From: Candidatus Latescibacterota bacterium
Lineage (GTDB): Bacteria > Latescibacterota > UBA2968
DNA: 64,000 nucleotides
Direction: 5' to 3'
NCBI GenBank assembly: GCA_965198115.1
Contig: OZ240241.1
Span: 7,808,001 to 7,872,000 of the forward strand
The translations under genes and the position numbers were made by a program. The notes below the pieces were generated by a model, which was given only the letters and a program-made list of their open reading frames with translations, ran no database searches and was not told where the DNA came from. Within the stretch, counting starts at the first letter, position 1. Every line of letters begins with the position of its first letter. Shown in pieces: positions 50,836 to 64,000 of this stretch.

Positions 50836-51036
50836 TGTGGTGTTACTAAGCGGGGTCACCGGTGATCTGTTACGCAGATCGCCCTTTAGAAGCGTATCGC
50901 AGGGTCACTTCGAGCGGAGTCGAGAAGTCCCTCAATGCACTTACGCCATGGGCGAGTTCTCGACTCGCGCTCGAACTGACGCCGCGTTTTCTCTTGCCAA
51001 AAACAGGTAACAGCAAGTGATCGAGTTCAGGAAAGG

Positions 51037-53183
51037 GTGCCGAAAGCTTTGAACCAGGATGATACGAAAGCACGCAACGAGGACGCATCCCCACGTGTGA
51101 GGATTGTCCAGATACTCTACGACAGGCCCATACCGATTCTGTGTGCGGTTCTCCTGGTTGGTTTCACGGTGGTCGGATGGTATGCGCTCAGGCTGTCCGA
51201 CAGGCTGATTCGGTCCAACGCGATCAACCACGCATCGCGCACCGCCGAGATGCTCGCATCGTTCCGGACAATCTATACATCGGACGTCGTCAGTCGCCTC
51301 AAACCGCAGGGTGTCGATATCAGACACGACTATGAGCGTCACGATGGCGCGATTCCCTTGCCTGCGACGTTGAGCATCAAGCTCGGAGAGCAGATCGGCG
51401 CCCTGGGAACAGGTCTGGAGGCATCGCTCTACAGCCCCTATCCCTTCCCCTGGCGTTCATCGGGGGGGGTCTTCGAGACGATTTCAGGAAGGCCGCGTGG
51501 GAGCAGCTGAACGCTGATCCCGACAGTCCGTTCTATCGGTTCGAGGAGTACCGGGGAAGGTCGTCTCTGCGTTTTGCGACGGCCGACCGCATGCGTCCCG
51601 AATGCGTGGACTGTCACAACACCCATCCTCAGACGCCCAGAACCGGGTGGAAGGCAGGCGATGTACGGGGAGTCCTCGAAGTGATCCTGCCCCTCGATAC
51701 GATTCGCGAGGAGATGGACGTCGGCATCCGGAACACGATGGTGTTGCTTGGAATAGCCGTCCTACTGGGCATTGGATGCCTGGCTGTAGCCATGGGCCAG
51801 ATGAGGTCGGGCGCCCGGCGCCTGGGTGAGCAGGTCGAGGTACGGACAGCGGCCCTGAACCAGAGCGAGACCGATAAGTCGGAACTGCTCCAGCTTCGTT
51901 CCCATCTCGAACGGCAGGTGGAAGAGCGTACAGCTGAGCTATCGGAGAAAGCGGAATCGGAGGCGAGCCTCGCTGCCCTGTCGTCTCGTCTGCAGGGAGG
52001 GCTCACGCCCAAACAAATCGCGCACGAGGCGATGGCCGCAATCATCGAGTCTACCGAGGCTCCTTCAGGAGCACTCTACGTACTCGAAGGGGACGGTCGA
52101 CTCCATCGACGAGCAGAGCACGCGCTGCCACCCGAAGCGACGGCACAGAACGTCTTCTCGTTGAGTTCCGGCAGCATCGGTCAAGCTGCTAAGGACCGAA
52201 AGATGCTGATCCGCGATCCCGGTGATCAGCAGTGGTCCATCACCTTTGGGCTGGGCAGGACACCACCGAGATCCATCGTCACGTGCCCTCTGGTTGCCAA
52301 CGATTCCCTTGCGGGCGTCGTCGAACTGTATCTGTTGACCGAGTTCAATGGCACACAGAGCCAGTGGTTGACCAAAGCATCACAGACCGTGGCGTCGGCG
52401 CTGCGGCTTGCGCAGGAAGGCAGTGAGAAAGATCGCGCCGATGAACAGACCCGCCTGATTTTGGAGTCGACTCCAGACTGCATGGTCATCACGAACGACC
52501 GCGGCGAAATCGTATTCGTCAATTCGGTCTCAGAAAAGACGTTCGGATACGACCGGAACGACCTCATCGGTCACCCTGTCACGGACCTGATCCCCGAACG
52601 ATACCACGGAAGCCACGGGGCCAACGTTGCAGGCTTTGTGGCCAACCCACACGTTCGGGAAATGGGGGCTGGACTCGATCTGTTCGCTCTCAAAAACGAT
52701 GGCTCAGAGTTTCCCGTACAGATCAGCCTGAGCCCGGTCGAATCCGACGAGGGATTGCTCATTGTCGCGGCCGTGAGAGACATCTCGGAGATGAAGGCCG
52801 AGCAGGCCCACTTCGGAAACTCTCACGTGCGACGGAGCAAAGCCCCGCACTCGTCGTCATCACAGATCGAGACGGTACGATCGAGTATGTGAACCCCAAG
52901 TTTACGGAAGTCACAGGTTACACATTCGAAGAGGCGGTCGGTCAAAACCCACGCTTCCTGAAGAGCGATAGGCAATCTCCCGAATTCTATCAAAACCTCT
53001 GGGACACGATTCTGGCCGGCGAAGAATGGCACGGTGAGTTTTGCAACCTCCGCAAGAACGGAGAGGAATACTGGGAGAGAGCATCCATTTCACCCAACGT
53101 GATGATCGCGGCGAGGTTTCTCACTTTGTCGGGGTGAAGGAAGACATCACAGAACGTAAAGCGCGGCGGGATCGGGCTGAGTA
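51037..53183 (+). pseudogene. DUF3365-like heme-c sensor (CxxCH)-GAF-PAS-PAS protein, frameshifted, no kinase domain
   Basis: FRTIYTSDVV, IPLPAT, YSPYPFP, CVDCHNTH..WKAGDVRGVLEV; PAS motifs; frameshifts near 51468, 52810 and 53095. Confidence 0.75.
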
Positions 53184-56010
53184 GCGCCGGGAGACTGATA
53201 TGTTCAGAAATCTGCCAATCAGAACAAAGTTGCTCCTGTCACTCCTGCTCGTGGGGTTGGCATCGATCCTCGTAACAGGGACGCAGAGCTATTGGGATGC
53301 CCGGGAAGCGTTGCGCGAGGCCACGTTCAAGCAGCTCGCCGGCATCAGGGAGACGCGGAGTCGACAGATCCAGGATTACTTCCACCGTGTTCGGAACGAG
53401 ACGGTCGTCATGGCGCAGGGCAAGGCGATAGCCGAGGCGATGGTGCGATTCTCCGACGCTTTCGACAACATCGGCGAAGACGGAGAGACCGGGCAGCAGG
53501 AAGCGAAGCTCCGCTCCTACTACCAAGACCGATTCCTGCCCACGGTGAATTCGGAGCGCGGTGGATCTCTTTCCCTTGGGAACGTGATACCTCGGACGCA
53601 GGCAGGAATCTTGCTCCAATCCGCCTACGTTCTAGAGGATGTCCAGACCCGCGATGCCAGGCTCAAAAACTATGAACTGGTCCACGACGGCTACCACTCA
53701 ATGCTTGAGAGCATCAATACCAAGATCGGCTTCTACGACATCCTGCTTGTCGACTACGAGACGGGCGTCGTTGTTTACTCCGTGCTGAAAGAAACGGACT
53801 TCGCGACAAACCTCTACAATGGACCCTACGCCGAAACCCACATCTCGGAAGCCTTCAATAAAGCGGCGGCATCACGGAACGATGGATCGACCCATCTCGT
53901 CGATTTTAGGCTCCATCCCCCATCCAAGATGCACCCGGCCAGCTTCGTAGCATCTCCCATCTTTCGAAATGGTGAGAAAGTAGGTGTCCTCGTCGTTCAG
54001 ATCGACATCCACGACATCAACACCACAATGACGAGCGACGGCCAATGGGAAAAGGAAGGTCTCGGTGCATCTGGGGAGACGTATTTCGTCGGCGATGATT
54101 TCACCATGCGAAACGACTCGCGCTTCTTCATCCAGACACCGCTCGAGTTTTTTAAGATCCAGAAAAGCAGAGGTGTCGATCGGTCTTTATTGGAAGCCAT
54201 GAAATCCAACGGCACGACGATCAGCCGCCAGCGTATCCGAACAGAGGCCACCGCGAGTGCCCTTAACGGCGAGACAGACACCCGCATTGTCGAGGATTAC
54301 CGAGGCGTTCCGGTCATCAGCGCTTTCGCACCCCTGGAGATCGACAACCTGACGTGGGCGATCGCCGCGGACATGGACGTGGCCGAAGCCTTCGCGCCCG
54401 TAACCTCGCTCCGCGACAGTCTCCTGATCGAGGGCTTGGGGCTTTCCATCGCCATCCTTCTGATCGGCTTGTATGTGTCGGGAACCCTGTCCAAACCAGT
54501 TCTGCGCCTGAGTCACGCCATCGAGGCGTATGCAGCAGGAGAGCGTAACCAGCACGTAGAAGCCACGTCGAATGACGAAATCGGGTCCCTCACACAGGCG
54601 TTCAACCGTCTGATCGAGGATCTGTCGACGCGCGACACGGAAAGAAACCGAGCGGAAGAGGAGTTGAAAGAATTCGCGCGACAGGCCGAACTGCGCACGG
54701 GGGAACTGCAAGACCTGACAGAGGCGACGGAAGCACGGGCATTCGAGGAATCCAGCCTCGCTGCCCTGACGTCACAGCTGCAAGGGAACTTCCCCGTTGG
54801 GGAGGTCGCCGAGCGGGCGCTTGGTGCTATCACCGAATTCACTGGGGCGCCTGTCGGTTCCCTATACGTTCTCCAAGACGACGAGCGGCTACACCGAATC
54901 GCCTCACACGCACTGCCGCCCGAGGCCGAATCCCTGACCTCTTTCGCGCAGGGGATGGGAAGTGTAGGGCAAGTTGCACGGTCGGAGAAACTCTCCATTC
55001 ACGTACCACCAGAAGGCACTTACCCGATCTCCTTCGGTTTCGGCAGCGCTGCCGCAAACCAGATCGTAACCGCTCCTCTCGTCTCGAGCAATGAACTGGC
55101 CGGCGTCATCGAACTCTGCCTTCTCGAGGCCATCTCGCCGGATCATTTACGCTGGCTGGAGAAGGCGTGTGAAATCACCGCCGCAGCATTGCGGTTAGCC
55201 CAGGAAACGAACGAGCGTGAACAGGCGGAAGAGCGTACCCGTCTGATCCTCGAGTCGAGTGGCGAAGGCATCTTCGGCCTGGATGTGGAAGGACGGGCTA
55301 CGTTCGTCAATCCCGTAGCGTGCGAGATGCTGGGCTATGACCCGGATGAACTGATCGGTCAATCGACCCACGAACTGATTCAACACTCACGAGAGGACGG
55401 TACACCCTACCCCGTCGAGGAGTGCCCGATGCAGGCGGCGTTCACGACCGGCGTCGTCACGACGATCGACGACGAGGTCCTCTGGCACAAAGACGGACAC
55501 CCGATCCCGGTCGAATACACGGCTACACCGATCAGGAAGGACCGGGACCTGATCGGCGCCGTCATCAGTTTCCGTGACATCACCGAGCGCAAAGCGGCCG
55601 AGGAGATGGTTCGTCGAAAGCAGGACGAGCTGCAGGAGCTGTTCGACACGAGCCCCATCGGCGTCTGTATTACGACAGAGGGTGTCGTGCGCTACACAAA
55701 CGCGCGACTGGAGGAACTAGTCAGGCTGAAAGTCGGTGACGCGACGCCCGACGTTTACGTGAATCCCGAAGATCGCGATCGCCTGACGGCGGCGCTGGCC
55801 GAGAACGATATCGTCAGCGAATTCGAGATCCAGCATTGGAGCCCCGAAGGTGAGGCCAAGGACTTCCTGGCGACATACCTGAAAACAGAGTACGAAGGCA
55901 AGGCCGGCATTCTGTCGTGGATCGTGAACATCACGGAAAGAAAGGCCGCTGAAAGGGCGATGGCTGAAGCGAAGGAAATCGCCGAGGCAGCTGCCCAAAC
56001 CAAGGCGGAT

Positions 56011-56042
<32 letters not shown>

Positions 56043-57059
56043 GCCCATGAACGCCGTCATCGGCATGTCGCATTTGGCATTGAGAACCGACCTCGATGCC
56101 AAGCAGCGCGACTACGTACACAAGATCCACACCTCCGGCCAACATCTTCTCGGAATCATCAACGATATCCTCGACTTCTCGAAGATCGAAGCCGGAAAAC
56201 TCGATATCGAAACAGTCGACTTCGATTTTGACAGCGTGTTGGACAACGTCGGCAACCTGGTCGGCGAAAAGGCCTCCGACAAGGGCCTGGAACTCATCTT
56301 CGACGTCGAGCCCGACTTCCCCAGAGCGCTCAGGGGGGACCCCCTGCGGATTGGGCAAGTGATCATCAACTACTCGAACAACGCCGTCAAGTTCACCGAA
56401 GAGGGCGAAGTCTTCGTCCGAGCGAAGGTGGCGGAGGACCGCGGTAACGAACTACTCGTGCGGTTCGAGGTCCAGGACACAGGGATCGGTCTGACGCCCG
56501 AACAGAAGGGTCGACTCTTCCAATCCTTCCAGCAGGCCGATACGTCGACCTCTCGGAAGTACGGTGGTACGGGGCTCGGGTTAGCCATCTCCAAGCAGCT
56601 TGCCGACATGATGGGAGGGGAAGTCGGTGTCGAGAGCGAGCACGGTGTCGGTAGCACTTTCTGGTTCACCGCCCTCCTCGGACGCGGTGTCGAGCAGAAA
56701 AAGCTGCTCCTCCCCGATCCTGATCTGCGGAATCGTCGCGTTCTCGCCGTCGACGACAACGCCTACGCACGAGAAATCCTGTCGGAAACCCTCAAAAGCA
56801 TGTCTTTCCATGTCGACGTGGCCTCGAGCGGCGAAGAAGCATTGGAGACTATACAAAAGGCTGACGAATCCGGGGGACCCTATGAGATTCTGTTCATCGA
56901 CTGGCACATGCCCCCCGGCATCGACGGTGCGGAAACCGTCCGACAGATGAACGACCTCGGGCTGAAAACCGTGCCGCATCCTGTCATGGTCACCGCGTAC
57001 GGAACGCACGAGGTGACTGAGGCGGCTGAGGCAGCGGGCATCGAGACGACGCTCACTAA

Positions 57060-59789
57060 GGGTTTGCCACGAAATAAGTGCTGCACTTTTCAAGGTAATG
57101 ATCTTACGCTCGGAGTGTGGACGTCGAAACTCTCCGAACGAAGTATGAAGCCTTGGCTCCGGTGCTGACGGAACGCACGCGTCGTCTGTGGGCCGCCACG
57201 GAAGCCGAAGCGTTGGGTCACGGTGGGATCGCGATTGTGGCTCTGGCGACAGGAATGTCCAGAGAGCGGATCTTTCGTGGCATTCAGGAGTTGAGGTCGG
57301 ACGAACCTTTGGACCCGGCTCGCATCCGGCGTCCAGGCGGCGGTCGTAAGCGGAAGGCCGACACGGACCCGACGCTGTGGCAGGACCTGAATGATCTGGT
57401 CGAGCCAACGACTGCGGGGTCGCCTGACGACAATCCTCTGAGATGGACATCGAAGAGCACTCGCAAACTGGCCGCCGAGTTGCAAGCGATGGGGCATTCG
57501 GTGAGCCCCAGGATCGTTGCCAATCTCCTGCACGAACACGATTACACGCTGCAGGCGAATCGGAAGACAAGGGAGGGATCTGCACACCCGGATCGGGACG
57601 CTCAGTTCGTTTACCTCGATGATCGGATTAGCCAGCAGCAGCAGCAGGGCCTTCCCGTTATCTCGGTGGACACCAAGAAGAAAGAGTTGATCGGCGACTT
57701 CAAGAATCCTGGCCGAGAATGGCGACCCAAGGGAGACCCGGAGCGTGTGAAGGTACACGATTTCATAGTGCCTGCTCAGGGCAAGGCGATCCCTTATGGA
57801 GTGTATGATCTGAGCCGTGATGAAGGCTGGGTAAGTGTCGGTATCGATCACGACACGGCCAGCTTCGCCGTGAATGCGATCCGAAGTTGGTGGAAGAACA
57901 TGGGACGGCCCGCCTACGGCACTTCGACGCATCTGCTAATCACGGCGGACGCAGGCGGCAGCAACGGCGCCAAGACGCGGCTGTGGAAGTGGGAGCTGCA
58001 GCGCTTTGCGAATCGCACTGGCCTGACGATCACCGTATGCCACTACCCTCCTGGCACTAGTAAGTGGAACAAGATCGAACATCGCCTGTTCTCCTTCATC
58101 GCTATGAACTGGGCGAGGCAAGCCCCTGGTCAGCCTGGCTGCAACCGTGAATCTCATTGCCGGAACGACCACTCAAGCCGGTCTCCGAGTACGCTCCGAG
58201 ATCGACAAGCGACCCTACCCTAACGGGGTCAAGGTGACCGATGAACAGATGACCCAAATCGATCTCACTCCGCACGATTTCCACGGCGACTGGAACTACA
58301 CGATCCGGCCAATGGCTCAACATTGAGATCGACCGTTTATTTATGGCTCTATCCGGGTTTCTCAACGGTGAAACTATAGAATGACAAGGTCATAGATCGT
58401 TCCCTACGCTTGGTTGTGTGTGTAGGACAATCAAAGCGAAGGGGGTGCGACCTATGACCGGGAGCAGATTACTATCGAAACTGCTGAGATTCAAGGGGTT
58501 CCGTGTTGTCAGCTGGTGGTTTGAGGGGAGAAGCTGCTTCGTCATCGCCGTAAAGCCACATAAGAATGGTTGTTGTTGTCCGGAGTGCGGCCGTCGAGGT
58601 AAAATCGTCCGCACAATGCCCCATCCGCGTCGGTGGCGTGACATTCCGGTGTGCGGGTGGAGGGTCTGGCTTCTCTACCATCCTCGGGAGATTCGGTGTC
58701 CTACCCACGGTCGTGTGGTCGAGGAGATTCCGTGGGCGGAGCGGTTCTCTCGGGTGACGTATCGCTTCGAGTATGCCATGCTGCGCTACTGCCAGACCAT
58801 GACGCAGAAGGCGGCGTCCGAGTTACTGCGCATCTCTGCCTCGACGCTGTCGGATCTCCTTCACCGATCCATCACGCGGCTTCGTGAAGGTCATCGTATC
58901 CGAGGGCTCAAAACCATCGGGATCGACGAGATCTCCTACGCCAAGCGTCACAGGTACGCCACGCTCGTTTACGATCTGGACCGCTCCTGCGTGGTGTGGG
59001 TTGGCCGCGGCAGGGCGCGTAAAACGATCGATCGGTTCTTCACAGAGGCTCTCAGTCCCTACCGGAGATCCAAGATCGGGTGGGCCTGCTGCGACATGAG
59101 CGAAGCTTGAAGCTTACATCGGAGCCATCCAGGAACACTGTCCGAATGCCAAGCTGGTCCTCGATCGCTTTCACATCGTCAAGGCTCTCAATGCCGCCGT
59201 TGACGAGGTCCGTAAGGACCAGTGGCGTAAAGCTGCCCCGGATGAGCGCAAAGCCATGAAGGGCCTCCGATGGCTCCTCTACCGGCACTCAGCGACACGC
59301 TCCAGAGGGGATACTCGGACACTCAAAGCACTGGAGAAGGCGAACTACCGAATCTATAGAGCCTGGAGACTCAAGGACGAGTTCGAGCAGTTCTGGGAAT
59401 ACAAAGCGCCCTGGGCTGCCGAACGCTTCCTGAAATGCTGGACGACGTCCGCACTCAGAAGTCGACGTGAACCCCTGCGAAAGTTCGTCAGGACCCTGCG
59501 ACAGCACTTCTTCGGCGTCCTCGCATTCGTGAACACGCGTCTTACCAACGCCATCGCCGAAGGCCTCAACCGAATCGTCCAAATCGTCAAGAACCGAGCC
59601 AGCGGATTCCGCACACTCGACGCATTCAACGATATGATCTTCCTTACCGTCGGAGACATAAACATCCCTGAGCAGATTCCGAAGAGGTTCCGCACACTCT
59701 AACCGCGCCCCCATGCCAGGAACCACGGCACCTTCACCCACTTCATCTCGTTGAGAGATCCGGATATAGCCTTATTTATTCGCGAACCC
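57060..59789 (+). mobile_element. ISAzo13-family IS (transposase 57117..58326, frameshift near 58115) carrying a nested ISL3
   Basis: [55 protein letters not shown]; imperfect IRs GGGTTTGCC/CGCGAACCC; TAA duplication (57057-57059, 59790-59792). Confidence 0.9.
58345..59771 (+). mobile_element. ISL3-family IS, copy 4 (transposase broken by 7-bp duplication GAAGCTT at 59102-59115)
   Basis: Same IRs; 8-bp TSD TTATTTAT (58337-58344, 59772-59779). Confidence 0.95.
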
Positions 59790-61076
59790 TAAGCCCGTCA
59801 ACGCCTCCCTGTTGTTCGATGCAGCTGTCGTGGCGCTGGGCGGTGAATCCACTCAAACGGACGTCGCCCTCGAACAGGGCGTCTCCCCCGAAGAGCTCGA
59901 ACCCATCAGGGGCGCCCACATCCTGCTTGCCGAGGACAACGCCCTGAACCAGCAGGTCGCGTCCGAACTCCTCACGGATTCGGGCTTCATCGTCGACGTT
60001 GCCGAAAACGGCGAAGAAACCCTTCGCATGCTGGCCGAAGAGGGCTACGACGTGGTGCTCATGGACGTCCACATGCCCATCATGGACGGTCTCGTCGCTA
60101 CCAAGAAGATTCGCGAGCAGGAAAAGTTCGCTGACCTACCCATCCTAGCCATGACGGCCGGTGCCATGCAGTCGGACAAGGACCAGTGTGACGAGGCAGG
60201 GATGAACGATCACATTGTCAAACCGATCGACCCTGCCCAGCTATTCGGCACCCTTGTAAAATGGATCAAACCCGGCGAACGCCAATCCGCGGAGGCATCT
60301 GAGCCGACCGATGACCGTAGGGGCGGATTGTCATCCGCCCAACCACCCGATCACGCATTCGACGACGCGGTGCCATCAACGCCCACAAACGGTCCGGCGG
60401 CAGGAGGCCTCGAAACGGTACCTGGCCTCGACGTCGAGGCTGGCGTCAAACGGGTGATGGGTAAACGAGACTTCTACGACAGACTCGTGCGAGACTTCAT
60501 CACTGGTGAAGAGGCGATGGCGGTTGAGAATGTTCGAAGGCAACTGGCTGACGGGGATCGCGAGGCCGCAGAGCGAACCGCCCACTCTTTGAAGGGTGTA
60601 GCCGGGACGCTCGGAGCGGACGAGCTACAGAAGCGTGCAGCCGAACTTGAGACGGGCATCAAAGACCAGCGGGATGAATCTGAAATCGAATCGTTCCTTG
60701 AAAGTGTGGGCGAGGAGATGGTCCGACTGTCGACAGCCATCAAAAACGTCCTTGAGATACCGGTGAAGGATCAGCCGTCCTTCGCCAAAGCTGCCGATCT
60801 ATCGCCCGATGTCGTCGCCAAACTGCCAGAATTAGTAACAGACCTCAAAGAGCGCGAGTCACTCATCCCCGAACTGCAGGCCGGTATGTCGATCAACGAC
60901 ATCGAGTCCTTCGCCGGTGAGATCTGCGCCCTCGGGAAGACCTACGCTTACCCACCCCTTATCGAGTGGGGAGAGCATCTGAACGACGCAGCACAGATGT
61001 TCGACATGGACAAGATTGGCGAACAGTTGGGTGAATTCGACCAGCTCTCGAAAGCAATCGAAGAGATCCTTTAGAA

Positions 61077-63175
61077 ATGAGCACTCCCCTGACCGATAGT
61101 ATTTCGACGACAGGCACCAAAACCTACGTCTTGCTGGCTTGTGCCATCGGACTGATCGGAATCGGGGGTGTCTATAACGCAGCGAGTCTCGTCGACGCGG
61201 AGAGAGAGATCGAGGGGATTGACCACATCCGCATTCAGATGCTGATGTGTCGACGGCACGAGAAGGATTTCATCGCCCGTCGGGATACAAGTTACGTGCG
61301 GAAACACGTGGGGGCCTTCCAAAGCCTCTCGCGGGAGGTCGCCCAACTCGAGAACTCGACCTCTCTGTCGTTCACACCCTTGTTGGAGAGTTACAACGCG
61401 TCATTCCAGGCGGTCGCAGATGGGATTGTCGAGATCGGTCTGACCGAAAATGAGGGTCTGAGAGGCGAACTCAGAGCAGCGATCCACGATGTCGAGAGGT
61501 CACTGAACGCCATCGGTAACACCGATCTCCTGACCCGGATGCTGATGTGTCGACGCTACGAAAAGGACTTCCTCATCCGCAGTGATGCTCGCTCCGTCGT
61601 CCGGTTTACGCAGAGCGTCGATGGCCTTCTGGCAGAATCGAATCAGATGAATCTCGTCGTAGATGGCCAACCCCTATCCGACAGAATCGAACATTACCGC
61701 GAGGCGTTCAATGACCTCGTCGAAATCGTCGAAAGGGTCGGCTCCCACAAAGACACCGGACTGCGCGGAGAGATGAGACACGCCATACATCGTGTCGAAT
61801 CGTCGATCGCGACCCTAGACCAGATCGCTCAGACAGATCGGTACCAAAACGCGATCAGGATGGTCGTTTTACTCCTTCTACTTGGTGCACTCCTGGTGAT
61901 GTCGACCGTTCTCCTTTTCAAGATCTCCCGAATGAATACAGCTCTCAGCACAGAAGTGGCGTTCCGCAAGGAAGCGGAGATCTCTCTGGCTCGGGCAAAC
62001 GAAACCCTTGAGCAACGCGTCAGAGATCGGACACAGGAACTGAAGACCGCGAAGGACCAGGCCAAAGATGCACTTTCACGTGCCGAGAAGGCAGGACAAG
62101 CCAAGAGTACGTTTCTTGCCAACATCAGCCACGAAACCAGAACGCCGCTCAATGCCATCATCGGGGTCGGACATCCTCGAGGATTGCTCGGAACCGAAGA
62201 GCAGAGGGGCCACCTGAGAAGCATCCGGGAAAGCGGCCAAGTACTCCTCAGCCTCATCGGAAGGATTCTGGATTTCTCCCGCTTCGAATCCGAGGACATC
62301 TCACTCGAGCCGGTGAGCATCGATATCATCGACCTATTCACCGACCTCGAAACCCGCTATAGACCGGGTGCCGAAGCCAAGAATATCGAATTCAGCGTCG
62401 ACCTCGACCCTGAAATGCCCTCGGCTGTTGAACTGGATCAGAATCGCTTCCGGCAAATCCTGGACAGTCTCGTCGACAACGCCGTCAAGTTCACGGCCAC
62501 CGGGACGATCAGCATCGCGGCCCGCTCCGCCGTTTCCTCAGGGGATGCCTCCAGGGCCGATCTGAGCTTCGATGTGCAGGATTCGGGTGTCGGCATTCCG
62601 GAGGACCAACTCGAGGAAATCTTCGAACCCTTCACGCAGCGTGCGGGGCAAAGCATCAACGATTACGGGGGCACCGGAATGGGTCTGGCACTGACCGTGC
62701 GGCTCGTCGAGGCGATGGGCGGCACGATCCGGGTGACCAGCCAGGTGGATGTTGGCAGCACCTTCCACGTCCTGTTGCCGGACGTGCCGATCGACTCTTC
62801 CAAAACCGTCGGCGACGCGATGGCCGAGCAGGCCGATGGCGATGAAGCTGCACTCGAGGTCGATGCGTCATCGCTGTCTGGGTACCCTCGAATCTGGATG
62901 ACGGCGTTCGATCCAGGCTATCTGAGCTGGCCGTCATCCTCGATGAAAGAGCCGCGGGTTGTGATCAACTGTCCGAGACACAAACGATCAACGAAGTGGA
63001 AGCATTCGCTGAGGAAATGAAACAGCTTGCCATTCGCTTCGAATATCCGCCCCTCGTTGAGTGGTCGGAAACCCTCGCTGAGCAGGTCGTCACGTTCGAC
63101 ATGGACGGAATGTCGACCTCTCTTCAAAACTTTCCGCTCGTCATCACGACCCTGAAGGCTTTGAACGTGGCATAG
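61077..63175 (+). pseudogene. Sensor histidine kinase with duplicated helical periplasmic sensor and C-terminal HPt-like domain (frameshift near 62885)
   Basis: MLMCRR(H/Y)EKDF twice, FLANISHETRTP, DNAVKFT, DSGVG, GGTGMGL. The tail in the shifted frame ends at TAG 63173-63175. Confidence 0.8.
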
Positions 63176-63252
63176 CCGAGCCGTCGTTAGCCGGCTGCAA
63201 TATCGGTTGAGAACGTAGGTTTCAGCATAACACCGCTGGGTGTAGCCACCTG

Positions 63253-64000
63253 ATGCTCGAAGAAAAGACCATATCCTGGAAGCGCTATGCTTCCGAGACA
63301 GCACTACTCGCACTCGCTTATTTTGTGTTTGCGCGTCTTGGACAGACGATGGCCATCCCACCCGGCAACGTCACGGCCGTATGGCCTCCCTCTGGTCTCG
63401 CGCTAGCCGCCTTCCTCCTGTGTGGGAACCGAGCCTGGCTGGGCACATTCATCGGCGCTTACCTAGCGAACAACAGTTTTTTCGACTATACGACTACAGA
63501 TCTTGCAATCCGCTCGATTTCCGTCGGCACAGTGATCTCCATCGGATCATTCCTCCAACCACTTGTGGGTCGATTCCTTCTTGTCCGATATGACGGGGAA
63601 CATCCACTCAGAACCGTAGGAACATTCCTGAGGTTCTGCACGATCGTCCCAATGATGTGTCTTGTGAGCGCATCCTTCGGCAGTACAGGTCTGTGTGTCG
63701 GTGGGTTCGCCGCGGTGGAAGCCTGGAGCGAGCTCTGGTTTACGTGGTGGTTGGGCGATTCGGTCGGGGTTTTCGTGGTCGTCCCATTCGTGATGGCCTG
63801 GCACGTCGATCGGCGCAACTTCCTCGGAACCGTTCGGAAAGTCGAGGCTGTGGGCCTTCTCGTCGCGATCGTCCTAAGCAGCCTTATCGCATTTACGTCC
63901 ATCTTTTCTTCGGAGACGAAGGGCTACCCTCTCGAGTTTCTGCCGCTCCCTTTTCTCCTTTGGCCAGCGCTGAGGCTGGGAACCAGGGGCGCGGCGACAT
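63253..64000 (+). CDS. MASE1-domain membrane sensor protein, 5' part (runs off the window)
   Basis: AYFVFARLG..PPGNVTAVWPPSGLALAA..WFTWWLGDSVGV. Confidence 0.85.
   Translation, partial: MLEEKTISWKRYASETALLALAYFVFARLGQTMAIPPGNVTAVWPPSGLALAAFLLCGNRAWLGTFIGAYLANNSFFDYTTTDLAIRSISVGTVISIGSFLQPLVGRFLLVRYDGEHPLRTVGTFLRFCTIVPMMCLVSASFGSTGLCVGGFAAVEAWSELWFTWWLGDSVGVFVVVPFVMAWHVDRRNFLGTVRKVEAVGLLVAIVLSSLIAFTSIFSSETKGYPLEFLPLPFLLWPALRLGTRGAAT

Overview
GC-rich bacterial genomic window. The Cys-type sulfatases, PhyH dioxygenases, UxuA-like dehydratases and a dockerin-like C-terminal tag would fit a Latescibacterota-like environmental lineage, but that is inference only. It has three parts. (1) 1-13 kb is an IS-riddled defence island. 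On the minus strand lie an SspA/SspB-like phosphorothioation pair (cysteine desulfurase + DUF4007), a probable sspC start cut by IS630, and a 5'-nucleotidase split by two ISL3 copies. Transcribed divergently is an intact, translationally coupled four-gene operon (ParB/Srx-like protein, SNF2 ATPase, DUF3883 PD-(D/E)xK nuclease, D12-class N6-adenine MTase). This operon is the best candidate for an undescribed defence system. (2) 13-47 kb holds metabolic and accessory genes interspersed with IS256, IS3, IS1182, ISL3 and IS200 elements and several REP/MITE-like repeat families. It also contains a 62-bp inverted-repeat pair bracketing a 6.2-kb segment truncated at both ends, a candidate kissing-loop leader RNA upstream of an ankyrin gene, and a perfect 40-bp palindrome. 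(3) 47-64 kb is a tandem array of sensor/hybrid histidine kinase genes with shuffled input domains, most of them disrupted (one by nested ISAzo13::ISL3). Frameshifts and nonsense codons are frequent, reflecting either real decay or assembly noise. No rRNA, tRNA or CRISPR array was recognised. All family calls come from motif recognition by eye, not database searches.
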